A stretch of 64,000 bases of DNA, from the NCBI GenBank assembly GCA_049325335.1, contig JBMOMC010000001.1, positions 352,001-416,000 on the forward strand, in the 5' to 3' direction. This document shows positions 19,642 through 29,291 of this stretch, one piece after another. Below the pieces are notes generated by a model. The model saw only the letters and a program-made list of their open reading frames with translations, was not told the origin of the DNA and did no database searches. Position numbers and translations under genes: made by a program. Position 1 is the first letter of the stretch. Each line of letters opens with the position of its first letter. The stretch comes from Nitrospirota bacterium (GTDB lineage Bacteria; Nitrospirota; Nitrospiria; 2-01-FULL-66-17).

Positions 19642-21195
19642 TCACGCGGCCAGATACCGGGTCACGTAGCCCTCGCGCGCCTCGGCGTCCCACCCCAACA
19701 ACGCACCCATCCGCTCAGCCACCAGGCGGGTGACGACGCGGTTGAACCGGTGCGGGCCGAGCGCGATCGGCAACCGTCGCCGCAGCACGTCTTCCACGGT
19801 GCGGGCCATCTCGTGTTGGACCGCAAAATCCACCTGCACCCCCACCCAGGGGAGATCCGGGTGGAGCCGCCCGCCCGTCCCGTGTCGCGCCGCCAGATCC
19901 AACAACGACCCGAACCGCGACCCGTACATCGCCGATAACGCGTCGGCCTGCGCATCCGACAACCCCAGGCTTAACGCCCGTGCGCGCCAGGCGTGCGCTT
20001 GGTCGGTCGGTACGGGATGCCCTCCCACCAGCGGCGCGGTCGCGGTCCGGCACGGGGACAAATCGGTCCGTCCGATGCGCGCGGCGACCCGGGTCACGGC
20101 GCGTTCGGCCACGGCTCGGGCGGTGGTGAATTTTCCGCCCGCGATGGCGATCACTCCGTTGGGATCTTCGGCGACGAGATCCTCCCGGCTGACCGCGGAC
20201 GCGGTCCCGCCCGATTCGTAGGCGAGTGGACGCACCCCGGCAAATTCCGCGAGGACGTCGGCGTCAGGAATCACCGAGCCGGGAAGCGCTTTGCGCGTCT
20301 CGTCCAAGAGATACCGCCGTTCTTCATCGGAACAGACGACCGCGGAGGGATCACCCGAATAGTCCACGTCGGTGGTGCCGACCAGGCTGTACCCTCGCCA
20401 CGGGATCACGAAAAACACGCGGCCGTCCCGACGCGCGGCGAGAACCAGCGCGTGCTCGCGCAGCAACGGCGGCAACACCAGGTGTGCGCCCCGCGTCATC
20501 CGAATGCGCGCCGCGGGGCCGTCGGCCATCGCGCTCACGCGGTCCAGCCACGGCCCCGCGGCGTTGACCACCACCCGTGCGAAGACCTCCCGCGTTCCCA
20601 CGCGCACGCCGATCACCCGTCCGTCCCGCCGCAGCAGTCCGTCGACCCGCGCGCCCGTCTCGATGCGCGCGCCTGCCGCCGCGGCGCAGAGCCCTACTTC
20701 GAGGCACGCCCGCGCGTCGTCCATCTGCGCGTCGAAAAACCGGGCGGCGCCCACCAGGGTCGCGTCGCGAAGCGACGGCTCCAGCCGCTTGGCCTCTGCT
20801 GCGGAGAGCATGCGATGCGGCTCGACATTGCGGTACCAGGACAGGACGTCGTACAGCGTCATCCCCAGTCGAACCATCCAAGGGGACCGCCCGGCGCCGC
20901 GATACAGCGGGAACAAAAAGGGCAACGGCCGCACCAGGTGCGGCGCGATCCGCAGCCACACCGCGCGCTCGCGCGTGCCCTCCGCCACCAGCCGAAACGC
21001 GCCTTGCTCCAGGTACCGCAGCCCGCCATGGATCAACTTGGACGTGCGGCTGCTGGTGCCGCTGGCCAAATCCCCCTGCTCGAACAACGCGACCCGCAAC
21101 CCGCGTTGGGCCGCGTCGCAGGCGACCCACGAACCCACGACCCCTCCGCCGATTACGATCACGTCATACGGTTCTTGCGGCGTTTCGCCCGGCAT
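19642..21195 (-). CDS. glpD: FAD-dependent glycerol-3-phosphate dehydrogenase/oxidase
   Basis: IGGGVVG, GTSSRTSKLIHGGLRYLE, VNAAGPW, VGTTD, AGVRPL, GGKFTT. Confidence 0.9.
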   Translation of the reverse strand: MPGETPQEPYDVIVIGGGVVGSWVACDAAQRGLRVALFEQGDLASGTSSRTSKLIHGGLRYLEQGAFRLVAEGTRERAVWLRIAPHLVRPLPFLFPLYRGAGRSPWMVRLGMTLYDVLSWYRNVEPHRMLSAAEAKRLEPSLRDATLVGAARFFDAQMDDARACLEVGLCAAAAGARIETGARVDGLLRRDGRVIGVRVGTREVFARVVVNAAGPWLDRVSAMADGPAARIRMTRGAHLVLPPLLREHALVLAARRDGRVFFVIPWRGYSLVGTTDVDYSGDPSAVVCSDEERRYLLDETRKALPGSVIPDADVLAEFAGVRPLAYESGGTASAVSREDLVAEDPNGVIAIAGGKFTTARAVAERAVTRVAARIGRTDLSPCRTATAPLVGGHPVPTDQAHAWRARALSLGLSDAQADALSAMYGSRFGSLLDLAARHGTGGRLHPDLPWVGVQVDFAVQHEMARTVEDVLRRRLPIALGPHRFNRVVTRLVAERMGALLGWDAEAREGYVTRYLAA

Positions 21196-21318
21196 ACTCC
21201 GTTGCGGAATTCACGACCCGACGCGCGCTACTATAACATAGGGTCACGGGAGCGTCGAGGCGCGTGGCGGGGGGACGGTTGATGCGCGGCGACGCCACCC
21301 CCTCGCCATGCCCGTTCG

Positions 21319-21347
21319 TTGACACCCTCTCGCAGCCACGGTAAGAT
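21319..21347 (+). promoter_or_regulatory. Sigma70-like promoter of the moaB operon
   Basis: TTGACA-N17-TAAGAT, followed by a GGAGG RBS. Confidence 0.6.
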
Positions 21348-21367
21348 GCCCCTCCGCTGGAGGCGAG

Positions 21368-21871
21368 ATGGGACACGCCGAACACCGGGCCGCGGCGCCC
21401 AAGGAAGTTGCGTGTTACGTGGTGACGTGCAGCGACACCCGCACGCAGGCCGACGACCGATCGGGCAACGTGATCCGCGAGTTGCTCAAGGCGCACGATC
21501 ACCGCATCACCGGGTCAACCATCGTCAAAGACGACCCGAACAGCATCCGGGACGTGCTCGACCGGGTGGGCGGTGACGCGTACACCCAGGCCATCATCCT
21601 CACCGGGGGCACGGGATTGACCAGCCGGGATTCCACCTTCGAGGTGATTGATCAGTTGCTGGAGAAACGAATCGACGGCTTCGGCGAGTTGTTTCGCGCG
21701 CTCTCGTTCCAGACGATCGGTCCCGCAGCCATGTTGAGTCGGGCCACGGCAGGCCTGTTTCAAGGAAAGGCCATGTTTTCCCTCCCGGGATCGGAAAGCG
21801 CGGTGCGGCTCGCCATGGAAAAACTGATCCTTCCCGAATTGGGTCACGTGGTCTGGTTGGCGGGGCGATAA
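21368..21871 (+). CDS. moaB: Molybdenum cofactor biosynthesis protein B (MoaB/Mog)
   Basis: VTCSDTRT..DDRSG, TGGTGLTSRDST, GFGELFR, AMLSRATAG, SLPGS. Confidence 0.9.
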   Translation: MGHAEHRAAAPKEVACYVVTCSDTRTQADDRSGNVIRELLKAHDHRITGSTIVKDDPNSIRDVLDRVGGDAYTQAIILTGGTGLTSRDSTFEVIDQLLEKRIDGFGELFRALSFQTIGPAAMLSRATAGLFQGKAMFSLPGSESAVRLAMEKLILPELGHVVWLAGR

Positions 21872-22146
21872 TGTTGTTCGCGATCATCGGCACCGACGGT
21901 CCTCGCGGGCAGGCCTTGCGTCCGTCCCTGCGCCAGGCGCATCTGGACCGCATTGACGCGCTCGCGCGCGATGGCCGCCTGGTGTTGGCCGGCCCGTTCA
22001 GCGACGGCAGCGGCAGCCTGGTGGTGATTGAGGCCCCGTCGTTGGAGGAGGCGCGCGCGTTCGCGGAAGGCGACCCGTACGTGACCGGCGGGGTATTTCA
22101 GTCCATCGACGTCCGCCCGTTTATCCAGGTGCGGCCCGTCCCATGA
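21871..22146 (+). CDS. yciI: YciI-family protein
   Basis: RQAHLDR, LAGPF, GSLVVIEA, DPYVTGGVF. Confidence 0.85.
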   Translation: MLFAIIGTDGPRGQALRPSLRQAHLDRIDALARDGRLVLAGPFSDGSGSLVVIEAPSLEEARAFAEGDPYVTGGVFQSIDVRPFIQVRPVP

Positions 22147-23240
22147 GCGACGCGCGCGCGGCCACACCCGACGGGACCGCGGCGTTTGTCGCGCAGCTTC
22201 GCCGCCGCGGGGTCACCGACGTCCCGCGCGGGTTCGATGGCCTCACGCTCTCGTCGGTCGGGATCGGCACGTACCTCGGCCCCGCGGACACCGTGACCGA
22301 CCGGATCTATGAAGCCGCCGTGGCCCGGGCCCTGGATCTGGGCTGCAACGTCATCGATACCGCGATCAACTACCGCTGCCAACGCAGTGAACGCGCGATC
22401 GGCCGGGCCCTGGCCGCGAGCCGTATCCCGCGCGAGCAGATCGTCCTGGCGACCAAGGGCGGGTATCTCCCGTACGACGGGGAACCGCCCGCGGACCCCG
22501 CCGCGTATGTTCGGCAGACCTTTGTCGCGCCCGGCCTGATTGATCCCCAAGACATAGTCGCCGGGTCCCATTGTTTGGCGCCGCGGTTCCTGGCGCACCA
22601 GGTTGATCGCAGTCTGGCCAACCTTGCCGTGACTTGCGTTGACGTCTATCTGTTGCACAACCCCGAGACCCAACTCGAAGAAATCGCCCCCGACCGGTTT
22701 TACGATCGGATGCGCGCGGCCTTTGAGACGCTCGAGGCCTGCGTCGCGGGCGGCCGTATCCGCTGTTACGGCGTCGCCACCTGGAACGGTCTTCGCGCGT
22801 CACCCACCGCGGCCGGACTGCTGTCGTTGGAACGCCTGACGGACCTGGCGCGGCGGGTCGCGGGGGACCGCCACCATTTCCGGGTAGTGCAATTGCCCTA
22901 CAGCCTGGCCATGCCCGAAGCTTACACGCGCAAAAATCAGACCGTACGCGGCACGCTCATGACCGCGCTGGAAGCGGCCTCGGCCCTCAACCTATACGTG
23001 ATGGGCAGCGCGGCGCTCTATCAGAATCGGCTGGCGCAAGACCTGCCCGCCGACATCCGGAGCCGCATTCCCGGCCTCGCGACCGATGCGCAGCGCGCGA
23101 TCCACTTTGTCCGATCCACGCCCGGAATCGGCACCACGCTGGTCGGCATGAAAGGCGTGAGCCACGTGGAGGAGAACCTGCTGACGCTCGCGGCGCCGCC
23201 GTTGTCGCGCGCGGATCTTGATCGATTGGTGCCCCGCTGA
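22143..23240 (+). CDS. Aldo/keto reductase
   Basis: SSVGIGTYLG, IDTAINYR, ATKGG, DVYLLHNPE, LVGM...HVEENL. Confidence 0.85.
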   Translation: MSDARAATPDGTAAFVAQLRRRGVTDVPRGFDGLTLSSVGIGTYLGPADTVTDRIYEAAVARALDLGCNVIDTAINYRCQRSERAIGRALAASRIPREQIVLATKGGYLPYDGEPPADPAAYVRQTFVAPGLIDPQDIVAGSHCLAPRFLAHQVDRSLANLAVTCVDVYLLHNPETQLEEIAPDRFYDRMRAAFETLEACVAGGRIRCYGVATWNGLRASPTAAGLLSLERLTDLARRVAGDRHHFRVVQLPYSLAMPEAYTRKNQTVRGTLMTALEAASALNLYVMGSAALYQNRLAQDLPADIRSRIPGLATDAQRAIHFVRSTPGIGTTLVGMKGVSHVEENLLTLAAPPLSRADLDRLVPR

Positions 23241-23302
23241 ACGCGTGATGGCGACCGTGGTGGGGGGGCACCCGCCACTGTTCACGAGAGGAGGAGCCCG
23301 GC

Positions 23303-23683
23303 ATGAGCGAAACCGGAGAGTTGGTGAATCTCAAAAACGTGACCGAAGCCACTTGGGACTCGCTAGTTGGGCAAGCCGAGTTGCCGGTGGTGGTCAATTT
23401 TTTCGGCCCCGCCTGTGAGCACAGCCAAAAGCTGGCCCCGGTGTTCGGAGCCCTGTCGCATCGTTTCGTCAACAAGATGCGGTTTGCCAAAGTGGATGTA
23501 ACCGCGGAACCCGGCCTGGTCGCGCGGTTTGCGGTCAAGAGCACGCCCACCTTGCTCTTTTTTGCGTCCGGGCGGCCGTATTTTATGACGATCGGCGACG
23601 CGCCCAAACACCAACTCGAATCCGAATTGGATCACATCCTGGCGCAGCAAAAGCGGTGTATGGCGCGCTCGGTCCCGCTGTAA
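23303..23683 (+). CDS. Thioredoxin-fold protein with CxxS active site
   Basis: VVVNFFGPACEHSQKLAP, FAKVDV, STPTLLFF; AGGAG RBS. Confidence 0.8.
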   Translation: MSETGELVNLKNVTEATWDSLVGQAELPVVVNFFGPACEHSQKLAPVFGALSHRFVNKMRFAKVDVTAEPGLVARFAVKSTPTLLFFASGRPYFMTIGDAPKHQLESELDHILAQQKRCMARSVPL

Positions 23684-23761
23684 CAGTTTGTCCGTTCCGG
23701 CTGACCCGCGCGATCGAACGGTCGCTGGCAACGGGAAGGCGCTGTGCAGATGGACGGCGGG

Positions 23762-24586
23762 TCAGCGCGTGCTGCCGAGTTCGCGCGACCGCTGGGTGGC
23801 GGCTTGGACCGCGGCGATCACCGCCTCGCGAAATCCCTTGGCCTCCAACGCGCTCAGTCCGGCCATGGTTGTCCCGCCCGGCGAAACGACTTGATCACGC
23901 AGTGCGGCGGGTGACACCCCGGTTTCGGCGACCAACCGCGCCGCGCCCACCGCGGTCTGCACGGCCAGATCCCGCGCCACATCAGCCGGGAGCCCGGCTT
24001 TGATCCCGCCATCGATCAGCGCCTCGATCATGGAAAACACGAACGCCGGACCGCTTCCGCTGAGGCCAGTCACCGCATCTAGCAAGTCTTCGGGCACGCG
24101 GACCGCCAGCCCCAACGCGCCGAACAACGCGTGCACCGTCCCAGCGTCATCCGCTCGCGCGCACGGCCCCATGGCATAACCCGCGGCGCCGGCGCCGATC
24201 ACCAGCGGGGTATTGGGCATCACGCGGGCCACACGCACGTTGGGAGGAAGATGCGCCGCCACGCGCGCCAACGGCACGCCGGCCGCGATCGAGATAAGCA
24301 GGTGCTCCGCGGTCACCGCGTCGCGAATTTCATCCAACACGTGGTCGAGGATTTGGGGTTTCACCGCCAACACCACCACGGACGACGCCGCGACCGCAGC
24401 CCGGTTGTCCGACGTCCCCGACACCCCGGTCTCGGCCGCGAGCGCTTGCACCGCGTCCGCCGTCGGATCCGCCACGACCACCCGCTTGGGGACGCACAGG
24501 CGCGCGCGCAACGCGCCGCGCACCAGGGCCGCGCCCATTCGGCCGGCGCCCAGCACCCCCAACCGCTCGATCACGCGACCCGTCAT
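23762..24586 (-). CDS. proC: Pyrroline-5-carboxylate reductase
   Basis: [41 protein letters not shown] overlap with the upstream gene. Confidence 0.95.
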   Translation of the reverse strand: MTGRVIERLGVLGAGRMGAALVRGALRARLCVPKRVVVADPTADAVQALAAETGVSGTSDNRAAVAASSVVVLAVKPQILDHVLDEIRDAVTAEHLLISIAAGVPLARVAAHLPPNVRVARVMPNTPLVIGAGAAGYAMGPCARADDAGTVHALFGALGLAVRVPEDLLDAVTGLSGSGPAFVFSMIEALIDGGIKAGLPADVARDLAVQTAVGAARLVAETGVSPAALRDQVVSPGGTTMAGLSALEAKGFREAVIAAVQAATQRSRELGSTR

Positions 24587-25620
24587 TCGTACCCGGAGTT
24601 GATGCGGTCGATCAATTGGCGCAACCGTCCCGAGTTTTTCCGATTGAACCACAAGTGCAGCCGGGGCAGGTGCAGCACCTCGTGTTCATTGCGCTCCTCG
24701 GGTAATGCCGCGCCCTGTTCGATGCTCCCTTGGCTCACCAGGTCTGCGAATTCCACGTTGATCGCGTCCAGCAACGCGTCCGGTACCGGCCGATTCAACC
24801 GGAGGACCAACCGGCCATGCACGTAGCGCGAGGAATGGTAATTTTTGTAAAACGCGACGATCTCCTGAACCGCGACCTCCGGACGATCCGTGATGGCAAA
24901 GAGGTGCAGGTCCTCCGCGGAAATCAACCCGCGGTTCAGTAGGTGCCGGATGTTGTACTCTCGCCACTCGGCCCAATACGACCCGCCGGGCTCGTCCACG
25001 AACACGATGGGCATGGGCGGGCTCTTGCCAGTCTGCTGCAACGTCAGCACCTCGAACCCCTCGTCCATGGTCCCCCACCCGCCGGGAAACAGGGCCAGCG
25101 CGTGGCTCTCCTTGACGAAGATCAGCTTGCGGGTGAAGAAATATTTGCACCCGATCAACTTGGGGTCGTCGTAGATAAATTCATTGGCCATTTGCTCGAA
25201 CGGCAGTTCGATGTTCACGCCGAAGCTTTGCGCGCGGCCCGCGCCTTCTTGCGCGCCTTTCATAATGCCGTCGCCCGCGCCGGTGATCACCATATACCCT
25301 TGCGCCACCATACCGCGCGCGAACGCCGCCGCCTGCCGGTACGCGGGCGCGTCTTCCTTGGTCCGCGCGGAGCCGAACACCGTGACCTTGCGGATATTTC
25401 GGTACGGGGTAAACGTCTTGAACGCGTACCGTAACTCGCGAAACGCCTTGGCGATCAGTTTGACGTCACCCCGGTCCGCCTTCTCCGTAAGCAAGCGATA
25501 CATGGTGCCCGCGAGGTCCGCGAACAAGTCCGTGTCGCCGGAGGCCTGCGCCAGTTGCGAGAATTCGGCGGCGAGGGTTTCGAGTTCCTTCACGGCCTGC
25601 GGTTTAGTCTTTTTTGCCAT
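24583..25620 (-). CDS. LOG-family nucleotide monophosphate phosphoribohydrolase (long form)
   Basis: [33 protein letters not shown]. Confidence 0.85.
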   Translation of the reverse strand: MAKKTKPQAVKELETLAAEFSQLAQASGDTDLFADLAGTMYRLLTEKADRGDVKLIAKAFRELRYAFKTFTPYRNIRKVTVFGSARTKEDAPAYRQAAAFARGMVAQGYMVITGAGDGIMKGAQEGAGRAQSFGVNIELPFEQMANEFIYDDPKLIGCKYFFTRKLIFVKESHALALFPGGWGTMDEGFEVLTLQQTGKSPPMPIVFVDEPGGSYWAEWREYNIRHLLNRGLISAEDLHLFAITDRPEVAVQEIVAFYKNYHSSRYVHGRLVLRLNRPVPDALLDAINVEFADLVSQGSIEQGAALPEERNEHEVLHLPRLHLWFNRKNSGRLRQLIDRINSGYE

Positions 25621-26065
25621 CAGCCTCCGTAGGGTCGGGCCACGATGCGGCCAAGCGCCGCACCGCGTCCTTGAGTTCCGGAATATCCGCGGCGTTGTGT
25701 CGGATTGCCCCCAGGATGTTTTCCAGCCGCGCGCGCCGCCCCAACTCGCGATCGCGCGCCGCCAAACGATCGAACTCGGCGTATCCCGCGGAGTGGACGC
25801 GCTCCAATCGCGGCCGGGCCTCGGCCAGCGCGGCTACCACGGCGGCGGGATCCAACTCCCGCGACGGAACAAGCGCGAACGCGCCGTCCGTGAAAATCAC
25901 GACGCGCGCGTCTCCGCTTTCGACGATCGTGTCCACGGTTTTCCCACGCGCGTCCGCCCATTCGCGGATGAGGCCGGGAAAGGTCATGGCGAATTCGACC
26001 TTGGCCCGATTGGCCGCCCACTTCTCCTCGGGCGACGGCGCGGCGGCACACTCTTCGGAACTCAC
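25604..26065 (-). CDS. Hypothetical protein
   Basis: Fills the gap between thyX and LOG on the operon strand, with typical codon usage; no recognised motif. Confidence 0.6.
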   Translation of the reverse strand: MSSEECAAAPSPEEKWAANRAKVEFAMTFPGLIREWADARGKTVDTIVESGDARVVIFTDGAFALVPSRELDPAAVVAALAEARPRLERVHSAGYAEFDRLAARDRELGRRARLENILGAIRHNAADIPELKDAVRRLAASWPDPTEADGKKD

Positions 26066-26071
26066 GGGATC

Positions 26072-27634
26072 CTAGACCAGGCGCTGGAATTCCGATAAAT
26101 CGAGTCGCCACACCTTCACCCCGCAATACCGTTCCCCTTCCGGGCACTTGGGCAGCGCCTCGGCCATATCGCGCAGGGTGCAGGGCGGCAGGAGGAACTT
26201 GCCGATCCGTGGATTGACCTCGCGGACCTGGATGGCTTCATCCAACGACGCGCACCAGATTTCCTCCTGCGCGTTGTAGCAGAGGCGCATGGCGTGTTTG
26301 TGGCGAAGGTTCAACAAATCGGCCGACTCGGTGAAACGCACCGCCGCGGCATTGGGCAGCAGGTACATGACGAATTCGTCGGGCGTTCCCAGCCGTCGCA
26401 ATTGTCCGATCGCGTCCCACGTCTCGGCCATCACGGCGTGGTAGTCGCGTTCCAACGCGGAGTCCTCGCGAATCAGTTCCGGCACGATGACATCGGGCGC
26501 GTCAAAGAGATGTGCCGCAAGCACGGGCCGCGACGCGGGCGTCATTCGGTGGCGCTGATCCTGCGAATCCGCGGTGTGGCTCAGTTTCTTCTTGAACGTG
26601 TACGAGGGATGAACCATGGCGCGCGTGAGTTTGCCGTGCGTGGTGAGGTTGAGCGATTCCCCCAACAACGGGTTCCGGGCCGGGTTGAGCGCCAAGTCGA
26701 TCGCGTCATCGTCGCTCATCCGCGACGCGGGCAGGCCCAGCACCTCGCGCACCGCATCGGCCAACACGTGCTCGTTCTGGGTTTTATAGTCGACGAGCTT
26801 GGAGGTGCGGCCACCAAGTTGTGCGTCGAACTCCGCGCAGAAGGCGCGGGCCGTGGCTGGATCAAGCGGCGAGCCGGCGAAAAACGCGGCCTCCGGCGTC
26901 TCGGCCTCGTCCAACGGTTCTTCCAGAATCGTCCGGTAGCGCGGATCAACGTCCAGCACCGCGTCGACCATCTTTTGCACCACCAGGCGTTGCTCGAACG
27001 GCGCGTCGAACTGCCGGCACAGGCGGTAATACCGCAGTAATGTGATGCCGCTGACCGTGTGGTACAGGTACGACAACGCGGCCACCGGCGCCACGTACCG
27101 CGCCACTTCCTGGGCCTTCTTTTTCACGTCGCGCGCAAAATTCTTGCGCGCGCGGGGAAACCGCGCGGCCCATTCGCGATCCGCGAGCGGCAGCAACCGT
27201 TCCGAAAACTCCGCGTACGCCGCCATCTGCCGCGCCACGGTCCGGCGATACACCGCCAGCGCCTCGCCCTCCAACGGCGGCACCGCCACGCTTTCCTGCT
27301 TCATGGTGACGTAGCGCTGGCTGACCTGCTCGGAGTTGTAAAACGGATGGCTGTGCAGGAACGACCAGATGAACTGCCGCGACACGTTGGAGAGCGCAAA
27401 CTGAAAGTGGGCGTGTTGCAGCGTGGTGTGGTGCCCGGCCTGATAAATGCTGCGCGCCAGCGGTTCGTACCCGTTGGTCACCTGCTCGTCGCTGACGATC
27501 CCACTGCCGGAATAACACGTCTTAGCCGTGGCGATCGCGTTACGAAACGGCTCGACAAACGCCTTGGTCAGCACCACGTCGGGTTCGGGGGACAAAAATC
27601 GAGGGAACGTGGCGGTCAACGGCATGGTCCGCAT
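26072..27634 (-). CDS. thyX: FAD-dependent thymidylate synthase, tandem two-domain form
   Basis: N-domain AGHHTTLQH...VSRQF...EQVSQRY; C-domain QDQRHR, YLLPNA, RLCYNAQEEI, CPEG. Confidence 0.8.
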   Translation of the reverse strand: MRTMPLTATFPRFLSPEPDVVLTKAFVEPFRNAIATAKTCYSGSGIVSDEQVTNGYEPLARSIYQAGHHTTLQHAHFQFALSNVSRQFIWSFLHSHPFYNSEQVSQRYVTMKQESVAVPPLEGEALAVYRRTVARQMAAYAEFSERLLPLADREWAARFPRARKNFARDVKKKAQEVARYVAPVAALSYLYHTVSGITLLRYYRLCRQFDAPFEQRLVVQKMVDAVLDVDPRYRTILEEPLDEAETPEAAFFAGSPLDPATARAFCAEFDAQLGGRTSKLVDYKTQNEHVLADAVREVLGLPASRMSDDDAIDLALNPARNPLLGESLNLTTHGKLTRAMVHPSYTFKKKLSHTADSQDQRHRMTPASRPVLAAHLFDAPDVIVPELIREDSALERDYHAVMAETWDAIGQLRRLGTPDEFVMYLLPNAAAVRFTESADLLNLRHKHAMRLCYNAQEEIWCASLDEAIQVREVNPRIGKFLLPPCTLRDMAEALPKCPEGERYCGVKVWRLDLSEFQRLV

Positions 27635-27955
27635 CAGCAGGCTCCGGGAGGCTCATTGTAATCCTCTTGGGACGACGGACTCAAGGGCACGCAACCTTCC
27701 CCCTCTCGTTGAGGCTATACGGGCACCCAAGCAAGTGACTGCGTATGGAGAACCAGCCGATCGGAAATCGACCCACGCGTGATGTCAGATGAAGCGCGAG
27801 TATCCCACGAGGCGCAATCTTCCTTCAGTGCTTCCCCTGGGGTTGGATGGGCTCCCCAATCTTTGGGTACGCCACGGTGGAGGCTCGTGATCCCCCACAA
27901 GGGAGGAGGCCCAGAATACACGCAGCAGTCTCTTACCAACCAGGAAGATTGGACG

Positions 27956-28000
27956 TAAAAAGACTCGGGCCTCTATTCTATAAATAAAGGCCCGAATCTT
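27956..28000 (-). terminator. Rho-independent terminator of the PEP-CTERM gene
   Basis: Minus strand AAGATTCGGGCCT...AGGCCCGAGTCTTTTT. Confidence 0.75.
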
Positions 28001-28020
28001 AGTACGATTGTGCTGGTGTG

Positions 28021-28902
28021 CTACTTCTGGAGCAGTCGTCGTGACAATCGCAACCCAACCAGGCCGGATCCCAAAAGGAGCAACGCTGACGGTTCCGGAA
28101 CTTCTTGGGGAGGCTCCGGCGTGAAATCTGGTCGCAAACCCATCAGGCCATTGATCTCATCATCACCGTCATCCCACAAGGCACCGGGGCCACCATGGAT
28201 GACCGATGCGTAGCGGAACGTCCCGCTGGTCCCGGTCCCCACCGCGTACGAGAAACCGTCCCACAGGATTCCGAGGTTCGCCTCGTGTCCTTCAAGCCAC
28301 ACTCGTTGAACCACTGCTTGGCTCCAATTCACGAGATCATTGGACAGATATACGGTAGACTCGATCGCCTCCTGCGGCAGGGGGCCATGGTCGATCGAAT
28401 TGGCCACCATGGCGTAAGTGGCGTCAAAACCGAGGTCAAACACCGTGTCGCCGACGCGTGCACTGGACTGAAACCAGTAGTTGTCAATTGCGTTGGCGTT
28501 CGAGAATAAGTCTCCTCCCGCTGCGTAGCCGTAACTGCCGGTGCCAATGGTATCGCCGGAGAAACAGACACACCCCCCGCCACCAACGGTCCAAGGAGTC
28601 GCCACCAAGGTCGCGTTCGTGAATCCGGCAGGGCTGAACACCCCGTCGTCCAACAACTGGTTGTCGATCACCAACTGCCGGTTGGCTGCGGTATTGGCCC
28701 CGTAAAAAAGCGCTGCAAACGTCCCCACCGTCGCGCCCTGCCATGATCTGGGATCGTTGGGGTCCGTCAACATAACCGCACCCGCAGGCTTACCCACACC
28801 AAGCAATGCGAGCATCAGGGCACTGGATGCGATGAAAACAGAAATCGCACGTTGCGTGTGTGACTCTGATCGGAAAATCCTCGTATGTTGTAACCGGTCC
28901 AT
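28021..28902 (-). CDS. PEP-CTERM sorting-domain exported protein
   Basis: Signal peptide (ISVFIASSALMLALLGVGKPAGA); C-terminal VPEPSALLLLGSGLVGLRLSRR. ATG 28902 follows GGGAGGGAG. Confidence 0.9.
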   Translation of the reverse strand: MDRLQHTRIFRSESHTQRAISVFIASSALMLALLGVGKPAGAVMLTDPNDPRSWQGATVGTFAALFYGANTAANRQLVIDNQLLDDGVFSPAGFTNATLVATPWTVGGGGCVCFSGDTIGTGSYGYAAGGDLFSNANAIDNYWFQSSARVGDTVFDLGFDATYAMVANSIDHGPLPQEAIESTVYLSNDLVNWSQAVVQRVWLEGHEANLGILWDGFSYAVGTGTSGTFRYASVIHGGPGALWDDGDDEINGLMGLRPDFTPEPPQEVPEPSALLLLGSGLVGLRLSRRLLQK

Positions 28903-28996
28903 CGCTCCCTCCCAAGAGTGTTGATTCTTCGCCTCGAGGCTTGAATCAAGAGCAGATACAAAATACAGACCTTCTATGCTTAGGAAAATTAACTTA

Positions 28997-29012
28997 AGCA
29001 ATAATCGTGCAA
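28997..29012 (-). promoter_or_regulatory. Imperfect sigma54 -24/-12 promoter of the PEP-CTERM gene
   Basis: Minus strand TTGCAC-GATTA-TTGCT versus consensus TGGCAC-N5-TTGCW; the GG dinucleotide reads TG. Confidence 0.45.
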
Positions 29013-29122
29013 CAAAAAAACAGAACCTATCAATTTCCAAGTAACCCATTGAAACTTCTCGTATCTGGATTAAAATCCCCTCCCACGCACCGAGCGGCAA
29101 CGGTGCATCATCCACTACGGAC

Positions 29123-29232
29123 TGTTAATAATTTCGACAAGTCTAATCTATAGTCGATCGAGTTGATCGTAATAACTATATATTTAACAAATAGTTATGA
29201 TGATAATATTCAAAGTGTAAGGTGATCCGACA
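29123..29232. promoter_or_regulatory. Two TGT-N11-ACA enhancer boxes (PrsR/PEP-CTERM-box-like) flanking an IHF-like AT-rich inverted repeat
   Basis: TGTTAA-TAATT-TCGACA (29123-29139) and TGTAAG-GTGAT-CCGACA (29216-29232). ATAACTAT...ATAGTTAT (29172-29198) contains TAACAA-ATAG-TTA. Confidence 0.6.
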
Positions 29233-29291
29233 CCTTCGTTTCGTCGCGCCAACTATTTACTCGCGCGTAGGTCGCGTGACATAATGCCGCG

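Noticed and set aside
21196..21367. Moco riboswitch upstream of moaB
   Set aside because: The predicted leader is only about 15 nt.
27690..27955. Small ORF or IS remnant downstream of the PEP-CTERM terminator
   Set aside because: No recognisable motif, terminal repeats or RBS.
28903..29115. N-terminal extension of the PEP-CTERM ORF
   Set aside because: AT-rich promoter DNA; an SD and signal peptide fit ATG 28902.
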